DNA of 64,000 bases. Origin: Felis catus (lineage: Eukaryota). The notes beneath the pieces were generated by a model, which searched no databases, was not told the origin of the DNA, and was given only the letters and a program-made list of their open reading frames with translations. The stretch is from assembly GCF_018350175.1 (NCBI RefSeq), contig NC_058368.1, positions 200,696,001 through 200,760,000 on the forward strand, given 5' to 3'. How positions within the stretch are numbered: position 1 is the first letter of the stretch; the number at the start of each line of letters is the position of its first letter. A program made the translations under genes and the position numbers. This document shows, piece after piece, positions 1-12,349 of the stretch.

Positions 1-143
1 AGAGGGAGTCAGAGAACCCTGAGCAGGCTCTGTTCCACCAGTGCAGAGCCCAACACGGGGCTTGAACCCATGAACCCTGAGACCATGACCTGAGCGGAAA
101 CTGAGAGTCAGATGCTCAACCGACTGAGCCCCCCGGGTGTCCC
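1..143 (-). mobile_element. Can-SINE (older subfamily), cut by window start
   Basis: Reverse complement starts GGGACACCCGGGGGGCTCAGTCGGTTGAGCATCTGACTCT, the tRNA-derived Can-SINE head. Confidence 0.9.
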
Positions 144-1229
144 AAGAATTAAGATGTTTGAATTTAGTTTTAATTGAGCTAATACACACAAAAGTATAAA
201 CACAACATGTGTTATTATTTTTTCATTTCTTTGTGGATTTTATTGAGAATGCTTACTTACTAAGCTAAATGTCATGCTTGCTTTCATTACTGTACAATGG
301 CAGTGTGTGCATTTCGATGCTCTAGTTATTTATATAAAATATTGGCAGTCATAAAAAGCTCAGAAAAATGTACTATACACAAGTACAGTAGTGAATAGAG
401 TGCTGTGCAAGTCCAATTGTTTTATCATGGAAAGCAAGCAAGAAATTTGTCTTTATAACAAAGGATTAAGACGTTACAATCAGTGGTCTAAGGTCATTCA
501 GAAATGATCAGTCTCAGAGGCTTCAAGCGTGCAAATTCAGTTTGATTACCTTCTGTAAGATTAAGGAAATAGATTCTGTGGATCTACCTGAGGGGACACA
601 TAATTTGCAGAAATGAATTTTTTCATGTTCCACCCGTTATTTAAGCATGATGTTATTATAGTTCTGGATGTGTGAGAAGAAAGACCATGGCAACGAAAAG
701 GATGCCTTTGGGTGTGATTTCCTTCAGATCTCTGGAGATTGGAGGCCTAGGGAAGTAGGCATTAGAAGCTAATTTCATAAGCCTTGGGGCACAAGGAGTA
801 TCCTGGGCCCAGTTGAAAAAGAGTAGCAGAGAGTTACAGAGGTATCTCTCCTCTTTGTGTCTGCTGGGGACCCAATACAAGGAGAAACTTAGCAACTTTG
901 AATGACTGACTATTGGAATACTGTAATAGCAGTGGCAATAGACAGTTCCTGTTTTAAGTAGTTTTGCTATACCTTGTACGAAATAGGGTGAACCAAAGAA
1001 GGAAGGAGAATGCACAGAGAGTGTCACGTGGTAATTGTAGTGGTCATACTGGTGACTACCTTGTAAGCAAATATGAAGGTAAATGTTACAGTCATTTAGA
1101 AAAACGTGGGGAGCATTTGGGGCATGATGGTGGTGTCCATGTGCAGGTGGTGATTCTTAAAAATAATACCTAATATTACATGTTAGGAAGACCTCAACTG
1201 GAAAGGGCCTCAAAAGTCCTTAAGCAGCA

Positions 1230-1990
1230 GGTAACAAGAGCCAATCACAACACAGGCACTATCCTAAGGGCTGTGTATAAAATGACTCATTTAATTCTAA
1301 CAACACTATAAAGTATTGTGATTATTATCTCCGTTTTGCAGATGAGAATACTGAATTGGAGATATAAGAGAACAAGTAAATAGTAGAGCTGTGCTTCAAA
1401 CACAGGTAGTTCATGTTCTCAAGTGGTTAGCCCTCGTATATCTCTTTTTTTAGGTGAGAACATAAATTAAAAAGTTGGTTTCCAAGCACACAGGACTAGT
1501 GAGCTCAAAGCTTGGATTTGAACTTAGGTCATTCTGCCTTCAAACTCAACGCTTTTAATTATCCCATTACCTTGTAAAGTATGTGAGGAATGTCTGAAGT
1601 GGTAAAGATTTGAAGATTCAGAGTTTTTCTGTTCTCTTACCTTAGCTGATAGGGGTTCTACCAGTGGAGAATGTTAAGAATTGCCTGTACATGCTCACCA
1701 AATCAGCTGTGATTTGGCCCACTCTGTTTCTTAATGTCTCAAATAGCCAGTTGCCTCAAAAGTAAGTAATTTATTCCAAGTCACCTATTAGAACCAATAT
1801 TTACTTAGAGCCTATGACATATTGGGCATTATGCTAAGCTTCGTATAGACTGTCAGTTTTTACAACAATGCTGGCAAAAATGCGTTATTAACTTATTAAC
1901 TTTATTTTACAAATAAAAAAACAAACTTGAGAAGTCTCACCTAAGAGTAACCAGCTGACAAGGAACAAACCAGGTCTCTCTGACGATACT
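1230..1990 (-). mobile_element. Cluster of degraded MIR fragments
   Basis: MIR core-like 'attattatctccgttttgcagatgagaatactga' (~1321-1354), 'ggatttgaacttaggtcattctgcc' (~1514-1538) and 'ttattttacaaataaaaaaacaaac' (~1902-1926). Confidence 0.6.
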
Positions 1991-3665
1991 ACTAATCCTA
2001 TGGGACCTTCTCTAGTACACTCGAACCCACTCAACTCTATGTTCTGCAGTTATATGGACATAGACCATCTATGGTACAATCTTGTCTGAGCTTGACTTTT
2101 ATCAAGTCTGCCATCCCACTCTATTTACCTGTGTTTTGTTTGACTTTCATGGATAATCAATGGCAATAGGAATGAAAAAGAAGAAAACAAAGCAAAATAA
2201 TACATAAGTATGCACACACATATATACATAGTATGCATATATGTAAATTTTATATACATGTGTATCATATACATATATGTATTCTTGTTAAAATACTTGT
2301 ATGCTAGTATGTCCCAAGGTAGTTCACAAAGGCCAATGATTATTTTGTGAAATGGATCTCATGTTTTATTTAATTCATATTTACTTATTAAGGGACTATA
2401 AACTTCAGTGTGCTTCCATATTTCTCACCTGCCTTCATGTACTTTGTCCTTTGTGCTTATAAATTAATGAACTACTATTTGAAAGCATTTGAAAGCATGT
2501 CCTTTTGTTTTGTTTTGTTTTGTTTTTTCAATTGATGTTTAGTAGATGCCACCTGTCTCAGTGGACAGGTTGTTTGTTGTTATCAGGGCAGCATACAAAG
2601 TACAGCGTGTATAAACACAGTGGTTGGAGTCTAATTACTTGAGCTCTTTATGGAGGTGGATCATCTCACAGCACAATGCTCAACAGGACAAAGTAAGGCC
2701 AATTGTCTTTTACAGCATCAGCTGCTGCCCAGAGTTTGGTGTTTTGCCACCGACACCAAGTCTTCTTTGTTTATCAGGTAATTAACGGTAATGATGTCTT
2801 GCTGCTTAGCTTTGTTGCCGAACCAAGGCTCCTTCTTTGTGGATTTGGGAGAACTCCTAGTCTTAAGGCCGGTGGCTTGACTGTCATAAGCAACAGCAGG
2901 CAATTCTGGGCTTAATTACCTCCCCGTTTTGTTCTTTACATTGGGCAATAAACATCCAGTCTAAAGGCAATTTGTGGGAGTAAGGGGAGAGAAAAAGGAG
3001 GGGTGCCTCCTCATGGCAATGCATCCATCAAATAAACTAACTTAAAAATGTTTTGACCTTGAGTTTTTAAACATTATTGTAATTCCCCATCTTATAAAGA
3101 AAAGCATTTTAAAGAAAGTTATTCAAATAAAACACAACCTTACAGATAGGCAGTCTGTTTATGAAATATGAGGGAATTCAATTACCCATGAATGGATGAA
3201 TGGCTTTTTTTTCGTTGCTTTGTCTGGTCATCATTGTTACTGTGGATTTCTTTAACAAAACATATCAAAATAAACAGAAATGTCTTCAATGAACTGTGAG
3301 CTTGTATTTAAGTGGCATATCTATAGGAGTGTGCCTCTCTGGGGTGTATTTAGTATGGCTATGATTTTTTTAATGGTACATTATTGAATTTTTAGCAAAG
3401 TCACACTAAAAAAAAATTACTGCATAAGAATAAGCAATGCTCTAGAAAAGCACCACATGTGGGTTTTATTTTTTTTCTTGCAAAAAGCAGAAATATTTAT
3501 TTCATTAAGAAGTCTTAAAGTTGAAGACAGCTTGGTTAAATTCTATTGATTATAGATAAATGTATATGGAAACTATACATATGTGCTTGAGTAGTTGTAA
3601 TTTTTTAATCTCAGTGACCAAATGACTATTAATTCTTAGGGTTTTTGGTATGAAATCCATACTTT

Positions 3666-3892
3666 ATTGATTTATTTTTTAAAAATTTAATGTTTATTTT
3701 TGAGGGAGAAAGAGAGAGAAAGAGAGGAGCATGAGCAGGGGAGGGGCAGAAAGAGAGAGGGAGACACAGAATCTGAAGCAGGCTCCAGGCTTCTAGCTGT
3801 CAGCACAGAGCCCCATGTGGGGCTCAAACTCGCGAACCGTCCTGAGCTGAACAAAGTCGGACGCTTAACTGGCTGAGCCACCCAGGCACCCC
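3666..3892 (-). mobile_element. Can-SINE
   Basis: Head, (CT)n region and A-tail on - strand; degenerate TSD tgaaatccatacttt / tgaaaatcatatttt; small internal deletion near 3840. Confidence 0.95.
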
Positions 3893-5931
3893 TGAAAATC
3901 ATATTTTAAAAGAAACTTCCCTATGCAATATTTGCTAGTAATTTTCAGTGCTCATTAGTGATATTTGAAACACTTTAAAATCCTCAGAAGTAGAGATGAT
4001 TTTATTAATTATAAGCTGTAGTATTACCCATACTATTTTTGCTAGATACCTTTTGTGAATAAATGACCAACCATTTAAAATAAAGTTTGCCTGTTCCATA
4101 TTAAGCATTTAATTATTCTACAAGGTAGTCCATATTTTGGGCCCTTTTCATTTAATAGAGTATCTGGGTTAAATGATAGAATCTGCATATAACAAATCAA
4201 GAGGTTCAGTATATATTTCAAATAGTGAAACAATTTGCCATCACATTTCACAAATTTAAACCCTGTGTGGAAGGTTTCGTATAGAAAGGGAGGAGGGCAT
4301 TTGTTTATAAATGTGATTTGTATGTCTTCTAAAGAAATGTTGCACCAGATATCTTTAGTCTGGTGAAATTCCTTCCTTATCGTTAGTTAGAAATATCCCT
4401 ACTTCTTTCTAACGTTCCCCAGATTTTCATAGATGGGATGTTTTCTAAAGATGGTGCATAACTCTCTCCCCAATATGAAAACAAAGAAACACTGGTTTCC
4501 TTGGCATTCAAGTAATCTTTTCCATTTTTAACTACATTTGGAAAAATAAGGTTTACATGTCCATTCGATTTTATCCCATTTTTATATGTGAATAGACAAG
4601 TGAATATTTTAACCAGTGTCCAGGTTATCAAATGCAAAATATCAAAAATATTGTCAGATTTTCATTGCATCTATAATTTATCATAAGGCTGTAATAAGGC
4701 CACTGGGAACATTTACATTTTAAAAAGGATTTGAATTATTTTTCCGCTGAATTTACTCATTATTGAGTTACCATGTTTAAAATTTATTCTACAAGTGGGA
4801 TAGTGTACAGAGGCATATGGCTTATACTAAAGTAATTTTGAAACGCTATCAAGGTGACATGATATTAATAACCTATCAGAGTTTTTTTGCAGAGCCCTTG
4901 AAATGTAACAGTTCTTTCTCTTTTAATTTCAATATTTTCTCTAGGCTCGAGCTTCAAAAAGGAACCCAGAAGTCCTTCATACCATTGTTTTATATTTCCC
5001 TCATACATGCAATAAGCATAAAGGGCTCAGACTGAGTTGGCTCTTAGTAAATCATAGCTACTATTAATTCATATCACAATGACGATTATAGTTTATTATT
5101 ATTTTATCGTGCAAAGAGGAAAATTATAGTAATTGTCTTTGGACATGTGTTGTCAATTGAGGAAAAAATAGTTTTATATCTAAGAAGAATGGTTGTGACT
5201 GTTACTTTTGGCAAATAACAGCAACATCACCATGGGTCTGGATGAAGGCTGGAAAGAGAAAAGTGTAGTTACTGGAAACCCCTCTCACTTTTCTTCCAAT
5301 AAGCAATATGGGTTTATTTTCTGCATTCCGAACTACAAACCAATGCAAGAATAGTGAAGGAAGCACTAATTTCTTAATTAAGACCCAGGATATACTCTGC
5401 AAATGCAAGAAAGAGATCCCTAAAATCACTTTCACCTTAGGCAATTTTTTTTTTTTACAACAACAAATGTTGTGGCAATCTAATGTTTAGTGAAACAATA
5501 ACAACAGGCAAGCCAGCTGATGTTTCTTTGTTTAATTTAATTCTTTGGGATGGAACTTTTTAGACATGGACTTAGTGACTTCATTTGAGCATCTGTAGTC
5601 ACATGCTTTGTTGATTTGAACAGTAAGGATAGATTCATGTACACATACACATAATTACAATATCACAGTATATTTTGGTAATTTTAAAACTGAAATTAAA
5701 TTTTAAATTCAAATAAAAGTTTGAGAAAATTCACATGTGATCAAAGTTTTAGGTAAGGATGAAATATTCAAACTTGATGGAGACAGTGTTCAAGTTCCTG
5801 ATAACCAGCAAATATTAAGCGGATGATTTGCACACTGTTTTTCTTTCTTTGTGTTTTATTGTGTGGGGTTTTTTTTGGCATTTCAACACCAAATTGCTTT
5901 TACATTTTACAAACCATGGAAGAAAGAGGAA

Positions 5932-5953
5932 GTAATAATAATAATAATAATAA
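5932..5953. repeat. (TAA)n microsatellite
   Basis: taataataataataataataat seen directly. Confidence 0.9.
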
Positions 5954-6986
5954 TCCATTTTGACCATCTTATTACTTTCCCCTTATTCATTTAGAAGCTA
6001 CAGTGGAGTCTTAACCATCCCATAAATACTTATTTAGTAAAAGGAAACAGAATATATTTTCCCTCAGCCTCTCCGCATTGATATATTGAAATAAGAGAGA
6101 AGGAAAAAAAAGGCCCATAATGCTTCATTAGTTAATTGTGCAGAGTACAGCTCTTTAGGGGTAAACAAGTGAAGGACATTTGCTGAATGGCCCATCCTCG
6201 TCACGCATATTATGGCCTAATGATGCTAGTAATGGTAGGAGGCTCCTGGAGAGTCATCTGTCAAATTAGCACATTGAATTATTTATTGCCTCAGAGTAAA
6301 ATTGTTGAAAGGTAACAGCTGAGACATGGTTTTTATAAATCTAAAATTCAAGAGAAAAAAACTAAAAAACTCACACAGCTGCTTTGAGGGTGTGTGTGCT
6401 TTTTAACATTTGCATTTATGAACACAATGGTCCTTATTAGGTTTAGAGATATTATTTTTACCTTTAAATCTGATATTTGGTGTGTGTGTGTGCATGTGCG
6501 TGTGTGTGTGTGCATGAAATCCTGAGTATTTCATGCCATTAATTATAATGGAAGAAACTAAAATTCAAATTAGTTGTTATTTTAAGTTTTCATAACTTGC
6601 TTCCATTCTATCACCTATGTACAATGTAAGATGAAATGCAAATTTTTACTAGGTTCTGTGCCCACGAACTAAGATGGAGAATATACTTCTTTCCTTCCAG
6701 GTTGTGCAGCTGTTCATATTTCTGTTCTAGCACAAAGTTGTCAAAGACAAAAAGTCTGTCTTCCCGGGACTCAGAGGAGACAAACCTATGCTTGGTTCTA
6801 TGAAACAAGACAATAAGCATAAGAAACAAATTTAGAGCAATGTAAGCATTTGAAAGCCTGAACAGGCTAAAAAATTTGTCTTTCAAAAAATATTTTATTA
6901 TTTGTTCAGTATTCATGTAGTGGATGTGGGCAGAAATAATTTTTTTTCTGTTAGTAAATATTACATAGAGAAATAAATTCACTTAC

Positions 6987-7019
6987 CAGTTTCTTCCATT
7001 GATAATGAAGGTCATTGTT
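6987..7019 (-). other. Candidate 33-nt exon of an unidentified transcript
   Basis: Long pyrimidine tract cttttcttcccttttctttttctttcttccag, then the exon, then a consensus donor CTG|gtaagt. Confidence 0.45.
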
Positions 7020-7989
7020 CTGGAAGAAAGAAAAAGAAAAGGGAAGAAAAGTTTACCGATTCTCCTGTTATAGTAGTAATGGTGGGAGGCTCCTAATAGC
7101 TCTTTATTTACTTATTATTTTTTTAAATTCCAGTGCTGAAATAGACAACCATTTTGGAAAGTTTGAAATTTTGATGATAAAATAGATCACCAATTTTAAA
7201 TAGGCAAAGCTACACTATCTGGTCTCAGTAGTAGTTGGATTACCTTCCAAAAACATTATATCTGAATCACTTTGTGTAATTGAAGGTGCATGTATGTATA
7301 TATCCTTTTGGTCAGAAACAGTTCCATTTACTCTCATGATGTTCTTTTACCCTGAGAGACCTGGCACCTCTGGGCTGGCCCGTCTCTCACGGGGCAAGGG
7401 ACCATAGAGAAACTCACGTTAGGTCAGGGTCTTGAAGTATGAATGGGATAGTGACGGGCAGAGAAAAAATAAGCGTGTACAGTCATCCTGTAGAAAAAGC
7501 TGTCAGGAAGGAAAAATTGGAGAATATATAAAAGAACATTAGTCTAAAAACCAAGCTGTGCAAGATCATGAAATGTTTTAAGTATTTATTCAGGAATATA
7601 CGCTTTATTTTTAGAAAAAAATAATTTTCTTTTAAACATTGATTGAAGATCCTTAAGCCATGTTACACACTACATGTATAATCCATGGAAGAAATTGGAA
7701 GCATGTTTGCTAAGATAATGGTGGCAATAATGGAAACAAAGAAATCTATTCAGCAGAAGAATCTTTAGGTAAAGATTAAATAATGCTATCCATACTTAGG
7801 AAAGCACTACATACACTCTAAAAATTACATGCATGCTGGTTTTCATTATTATCACCACCATTACTACCACAAAGAGTGCATGACATTGCAGAGGGTGGTA
7901 GCAGAGAAAGAGGAAAAATGTAGTGTACTAAACCAAGTAATCTCTGTCCTGAGAGAATAGCAAGGCGATTGTGGAGACACAAACGTCAC

Positions 7990-8170
7990 TGGGAGAGGAT
8001 TGAGTTTGGTACTGAAGATAGTAAGATTCCATTGTGGACATTTTGACTTGGAGATGTGGGTAAGGTACTCAAATAGAAATGTCCGGGAAGGTGATGAGAA
8101 GTGGAAATGTAGCTCAAAGATAGGTGAGGGGAATTTACAGATTAAAAACCAAAAATGGCACTCATACGAG
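7990..8170 (-). mobile_element. L2 fragment
   Basis: 'ttgtggacattttgacttggagatg...aaatagaaatgtcc...gtagctcaaagataggtgagg' resembles L2 ORF2/3' region. Confidence 0.55.
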
Positions 8171-8973
8171 TAGGAAGGCTCGGGGATAGGTAACACGGTT
8201 ATTTGGTGCCATCTGCCCAACACAAATGTCTGCCTGCACAATTTACTTTACTTTGAGAATGTGGACATCATATTGAATCAGTACTGTTCTTATCATGGCA
8301 GAAACTTTCTCATCAAAGTCTTGTTTTGCCTGCTGCTGTTGCCACTTCAATTCTTTTTATTTCAGTCCCCCTTTCCTAAACTATTTTTTCTCGTTTCCTA
8401 AATTATTTTTTATTGCCTCTCTGTTTTTGAGTGTCTGTGTGTCTACCATAGCCAGAAGTCTTCGTGATTTGGCTATTCATGTTTTAACCTCTTCAAAGGA
8501 ACAGTGAAATGAGAAAATATTATTTTAGGTCCTTAAGCATTTTCTTTGCATTATCTAATTTCATTAGCAATTTATTGGGAAATTGTTATTCCTGGTTTGT
8601 AAGAGTTAAAACTGGTCCTCGGCAAAGTTAAAGAACCCACCCCAAATCATGCTGCTAATGATTCCAGGTCTGTTTAATCCCAAAGTTTTGATTTTGCTTT
8701 TGTTATTTCTGTCCCACACAGTCTCCTGCATAGACACCTCTCTACTATACTTTTCCTACCATCTCAGCTTTCTTACTTTCATTCCTAATAATTCTCCTTA
8801 ATCCCATACACGGGTTCCAGTTTTCCTTGTCTTTCACTAAACTCTCTTTTTCTAGATTTACTCCTTCATTTGGCTGCTTTGGTTCATTTAAGCCTTCTCT
8901 TCGTCTTTTCTTATGCTGATCTACTAAAATACCATGAATTATAGTAACTCAGTAATATTTAAAACACTTTTAC

Positions 8974-9189
8974 TTTATTTTTTTATTTTTTTAAATGTTT
9001 ATTTGAGATAGAGTGTGAGACAGAGCATGAGCAGGGGAGGGCCAGAAAGAGGGAGACACAGAATCGGAAGCAGGCTCCAGGCTCTGAGCTGTCGGCACAG
9101 AGCCTCCCATGGAACTCGAACTCACAAACCATGAGAACATGACCTGAGCCGAAGTCGGACGCCTAACCGACTGAGCCACCCAGGCACCC
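8974..9189 (-). mobile_element. Can-SINE
   Basis: Complete element; perfect 13-bp TSD aaaacacttttac (8961-8973 / 9190-9202). Confidence 0.97.
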
Positions 9190-9474
9190 AAAACACTTTT
9201 ACCTTTAAAATTGACAGAGGTATTGCAAGTCGTCTCAAATCTTCCCTTCTCACCTATACTCAAAAGAGAGAGCTGGAATCTCTTGCTTTATGTTCCGAAG
9301 GCCACACAGTGACAACAGAATAGAGACGCTTAATCTTAGGTGTGTGCCTTTTATCCAGAGAAATCACCAACAGTTTTGCCTCTGCTAGGAATACACTCTA
9401 AGTTGCATTGTTATGATTTTCATCCATGTACTCCTCATACGTGGTCCACTGAGTTGTTTAAAAATGAAAATTTT

Positions 9475-9694
9475 GGGGCGCCTGGGTGGCGCAGTCGGTT
9501 AAGCGTCCGACTTCAGCCAGGTCACGATCTCGCGGTCCGTGAGTTCGAGCCCCGCGTCAGGCTCTGGGCTGATGGCTCGGAGCCTGGAGCCTGTTTCCGA
9601 TTCCGTGTCTCCCTCTCTCTCTGCCCCTCCCCCGTTCATGCTGTGTCTCTCTGTGTCCCAAAAATAAATAAAAACTTTGAAAAAAAATTTAAAA
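9475..9694 (+). mobile_element. Young felid Can-SINE (SINEC_Fc-like)
   Basis: CpG-intact head with A box TGGCGCAGTCGG and B box GAGTTCGAGCC; TSD aaaaatgaaaatttt. Confidence 0.97.
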
Positions 9695-9710
9695 AAAAAT
9701 GAAAATTTTA

Positions 9711-9910
9711 GGGGCGCCTGGGTGGCTCAGTCAGTCCAGCATCTGACTCTTGATTTTGGCTCAGGTCACGATTTCACCATTTATGGGATTGAGCCCCATG
9801 TCCTCACTAATGGCATAGAGCCTGTTTGGGATTCTCTCTCCTTCTCACTCTGTCCCTCTCCCCTACTCACTCTCTCTTTCTCAAAATAAATAACTAAACC
9901 TAAAAAAAAA
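9711..9910 (+). mobile_element. Older Can-SINE in tandem with the previous one
   Basis: GGGGCGCCTGGGTGGCTCAGTC head, CT region and A tail; TSD aaaaatgaaaatttta (9695-9710 / 9911-9926). Confidence 0.95.
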
Positions 9911-10302
9911 AAAAATGAAAATTTTATAAAGATTAGAACTGCTTCCAGCACTCAGATACATTTTTAAATAGTTTTTAAGACTAGTTCTCTATAACAAACC
10001 CAGTGTGAAAGTTGGATGGATTGAGGTAATGTGTAGCTGACGTTTACTGACATTCAGAAAACCAGAATTTTCTCTGTCATACCAGAGCATCCGCAAAGAG
10101 TCGATGCAGCCAACTGTGAAAGCAGTTTACGATTAGCTCTCTGTGGAGGAAGGCTAAAATAATTTCCCATCTAGGAGCTTCTGTTGACATGCATGTGGGA
10201 AGGTTTTGGAGACAAACTGGGGTTTTATTTTTAAGGTATATAATTTCAAAAGGAACCATATTTACACACAGTGTAAGACCTGAGGGGAGTGGTGTTGGCA
10301 AT

Positions 10303-10315
10303 CCAGTAGGTGGCA
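10303..10315 (+). promoter_or_regulatory. Candidate CTCF site
   Basis: CCAGTAGGTGGCA matches the CCASYAGRKGGCR core exactly, in unique sequence. Motif match only. Confidence 0.4.
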
Positions 10316-11145
10316 ATCTTCCCTCAGAATAAGTGTCAAACCAGGGTCCCAGTTCAGGTTGGGGAGGTGCCGCTTGCCTAAATTTGCACCAAGGTTCTGT
10401 CTCTGACAGTTAAAAAAACCCCAAAAAAGAGAAAAAGTTCTCCCACTCCTTTCAGGTAGTGGACTCAATTTTAATGACTATACCTTGCTCACCTAACTAA
10501 ATTAGGCATTCTTGGTTCTTACATTATTTTTTTCTTGTCATTAGTAACTGAGGTATAGCTACATTAATATAGTATCTCCATCCTCCTCCTCAAATTACTC
10601 ATGTGCTGTATATTAGAAACTCCTCTTTGCCAAAGACCTATTTGTAACACTTTCAAGAGAGTTAATGAGAATCTGTAAATATTATTCCCCTTGCAATATT
10701 TTTCAGACAAAATTTAAATGATTTTGTGGGTTACATCTGACTGTCCACTATATCTATTCCACTCATTTGGGAACTTAGAGTTTAGGTTTTGAAAAACTTT
10801 GTGCAAAAAAAATAAAAAAAGTATTTCCCAGTCAGAAATTTGAAAAAAAGTACTCCTATTTTATGAGGAAAAACAAAAGTAATCAGAACACCTCAGCTTG
10901 GAGAGAAGATTTACAGACACAATGTGCTGTGCTCTAATACTGAATTTTTGTTGTAAATTTTTTTGGTGAAATGTAATATAGTTACTGTTGCCAGGATTTT
11001 GATGCCATTTTTCCTAGCAACCACAGCATAGGCTGGCTGCAATCTTTAGTCCTCTCTACACCTTTGTTGTTGTTTTTAAGAAGTCCATTATTTTATTTTA
11101 AGTAATTTTTTTTTAATTTGACACTTGGTCTCAGAAATACTAATA

Positions 11146-11502
11146 CGGTGGTGTTACTACGATCCAGTAATATTCAGCTCTTCTCAGCTGCTGTATAGAA
11201 GAGGGTATTGTATTTTCTTGTTCACTTGATGCTACATGTGGGTGCAACTCACTTTAGCACAGAAGTGTGCGTAGAAGTGACACATGTCACTCCTGAGCAG
11301 AAACACTGAATTGCCTGAGAGTTTCCAGAGTGGCTTCTCTGTCAGCCTCAGCCTCATTGAAGTCCAAGTGGATGGAAGTCCCTAGTTTACCAAAACAGAT
11401 ATATAGCATGGCCATGGTCATGGAATAAACCTTTATTGTCCTAGGCCATCGAGATGTGGGATTTGTTTGATAGCTTAGTATAACTCAACCTACCCTAATA
11501 CC
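11146..11502 (+). mobile_element. MLT1 (MaLR) solo LTR, old J/K-like type
   Basis: 'agaagtgacacatgtcactcctgagcagaaac' and 3' end 'aataaacctttattgtcctaggccatcgagatgtgggatttgttt...accctaatac'. Confidence 0.7.
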
Positions 11503-12349
11503 ATAGAAATGAATTAAACTTAGTAGTAGGGATAGGCGATAAATTACAATAAATTATATACTGTGCTTTACTCTCCCCTTCCAGGACAGGGGGAAAAAAA
11601 AAGATGCAAAGCACGCAGAGGCAACATATATTATGGAAGTACACACTTGAGCACTGAAATTATCTCAAACTGCCAAAATGTTTTCCTAGTTTGAAGGAGG
11701 TAATTGCTCCTCTATTCTCCCTCCCATATGGGTGAAAGTTAGACCCCTCTCTCATCAAGCAACAGTTTTATTTTCTCAGTAAGTGGTGAGAATCTTTTGG
11801 CAGATGGTATTCCAGACAAAAACTAGAACATCAGAGGTTTAACTGAAAATACAGAAAGTTGAACTTCAGGACTAAGGCAAGAGGTAATTATAATTGGTAC
11901 ATAGCCATTACAAATGCTTGTAAGGTGTTTACCAAAGTGTACCTCTGTCACAACTTTCTGGATACTTCAATATTCATTGTGGGTTTCCAAAAATAAAATA
12001 CAGCATTGCTGGCAATGTCTAAGGGCTAGTAATTTCTCTAAAATATCTCACTCTGACTTGTCTTTTAATAAAAATACTCCCCTATAAAAAAGAGTAATGA
12101 ATTTAACCATTACACAGAAAATTTCCTTCATAATCATTTCCGTTTAGGAGCATGCTTCTGAAGGAATCAGAGAAATTAATAAATGATTTTTTTTGTAATA
12201 AATTCATGGTTGTTTCTAAATACTACCATAACACTCACTTGCAATCTGGTATGTTTCCTGGTTGGGAAGAGAAAGGAGTAACTGAATTTAGTACCTTGGA
12301 AATTACACATCATCCTGGTGTTATACCCTTGGTCAGTGTTGAGTATCTA

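Noticed and set aside
656..1027. 123-aa ORF
   Set aside because: No splice context, domain similarity or coding-like composition; consistent with chance.
1698..1717. Perfect 8-bp hairpin ccaaatca-gctg-tgatttgg
   Set aside because: Too short; expected by chance in 64 kb.
6701..6841. + strand cassette (cttctttccttccag ... AAT|gtaagc)
   Set aside because: All frames are closed and there is no partner exon. It overlaps the - strand candidate and shows how easily pseudo-exons arise.
6611..6982. 123-aa ORF as an intronless gene
   Set aside because: Non-ATG start, an AT-rich intron-like N-terminal half and no recognisable homology; only the spliced sub-segment is kept as a candidate.
9340..9702. 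Recurrent ORF family 'GAPGWRSRLSVRLQPGHDLAVREFEP...' and 'GAWVAQSV...SLEPASDSVSPS' (also 20782, 28939, 42895 and others)
   Set aside because: These are translations of Can-SINE copies, not a gene family.
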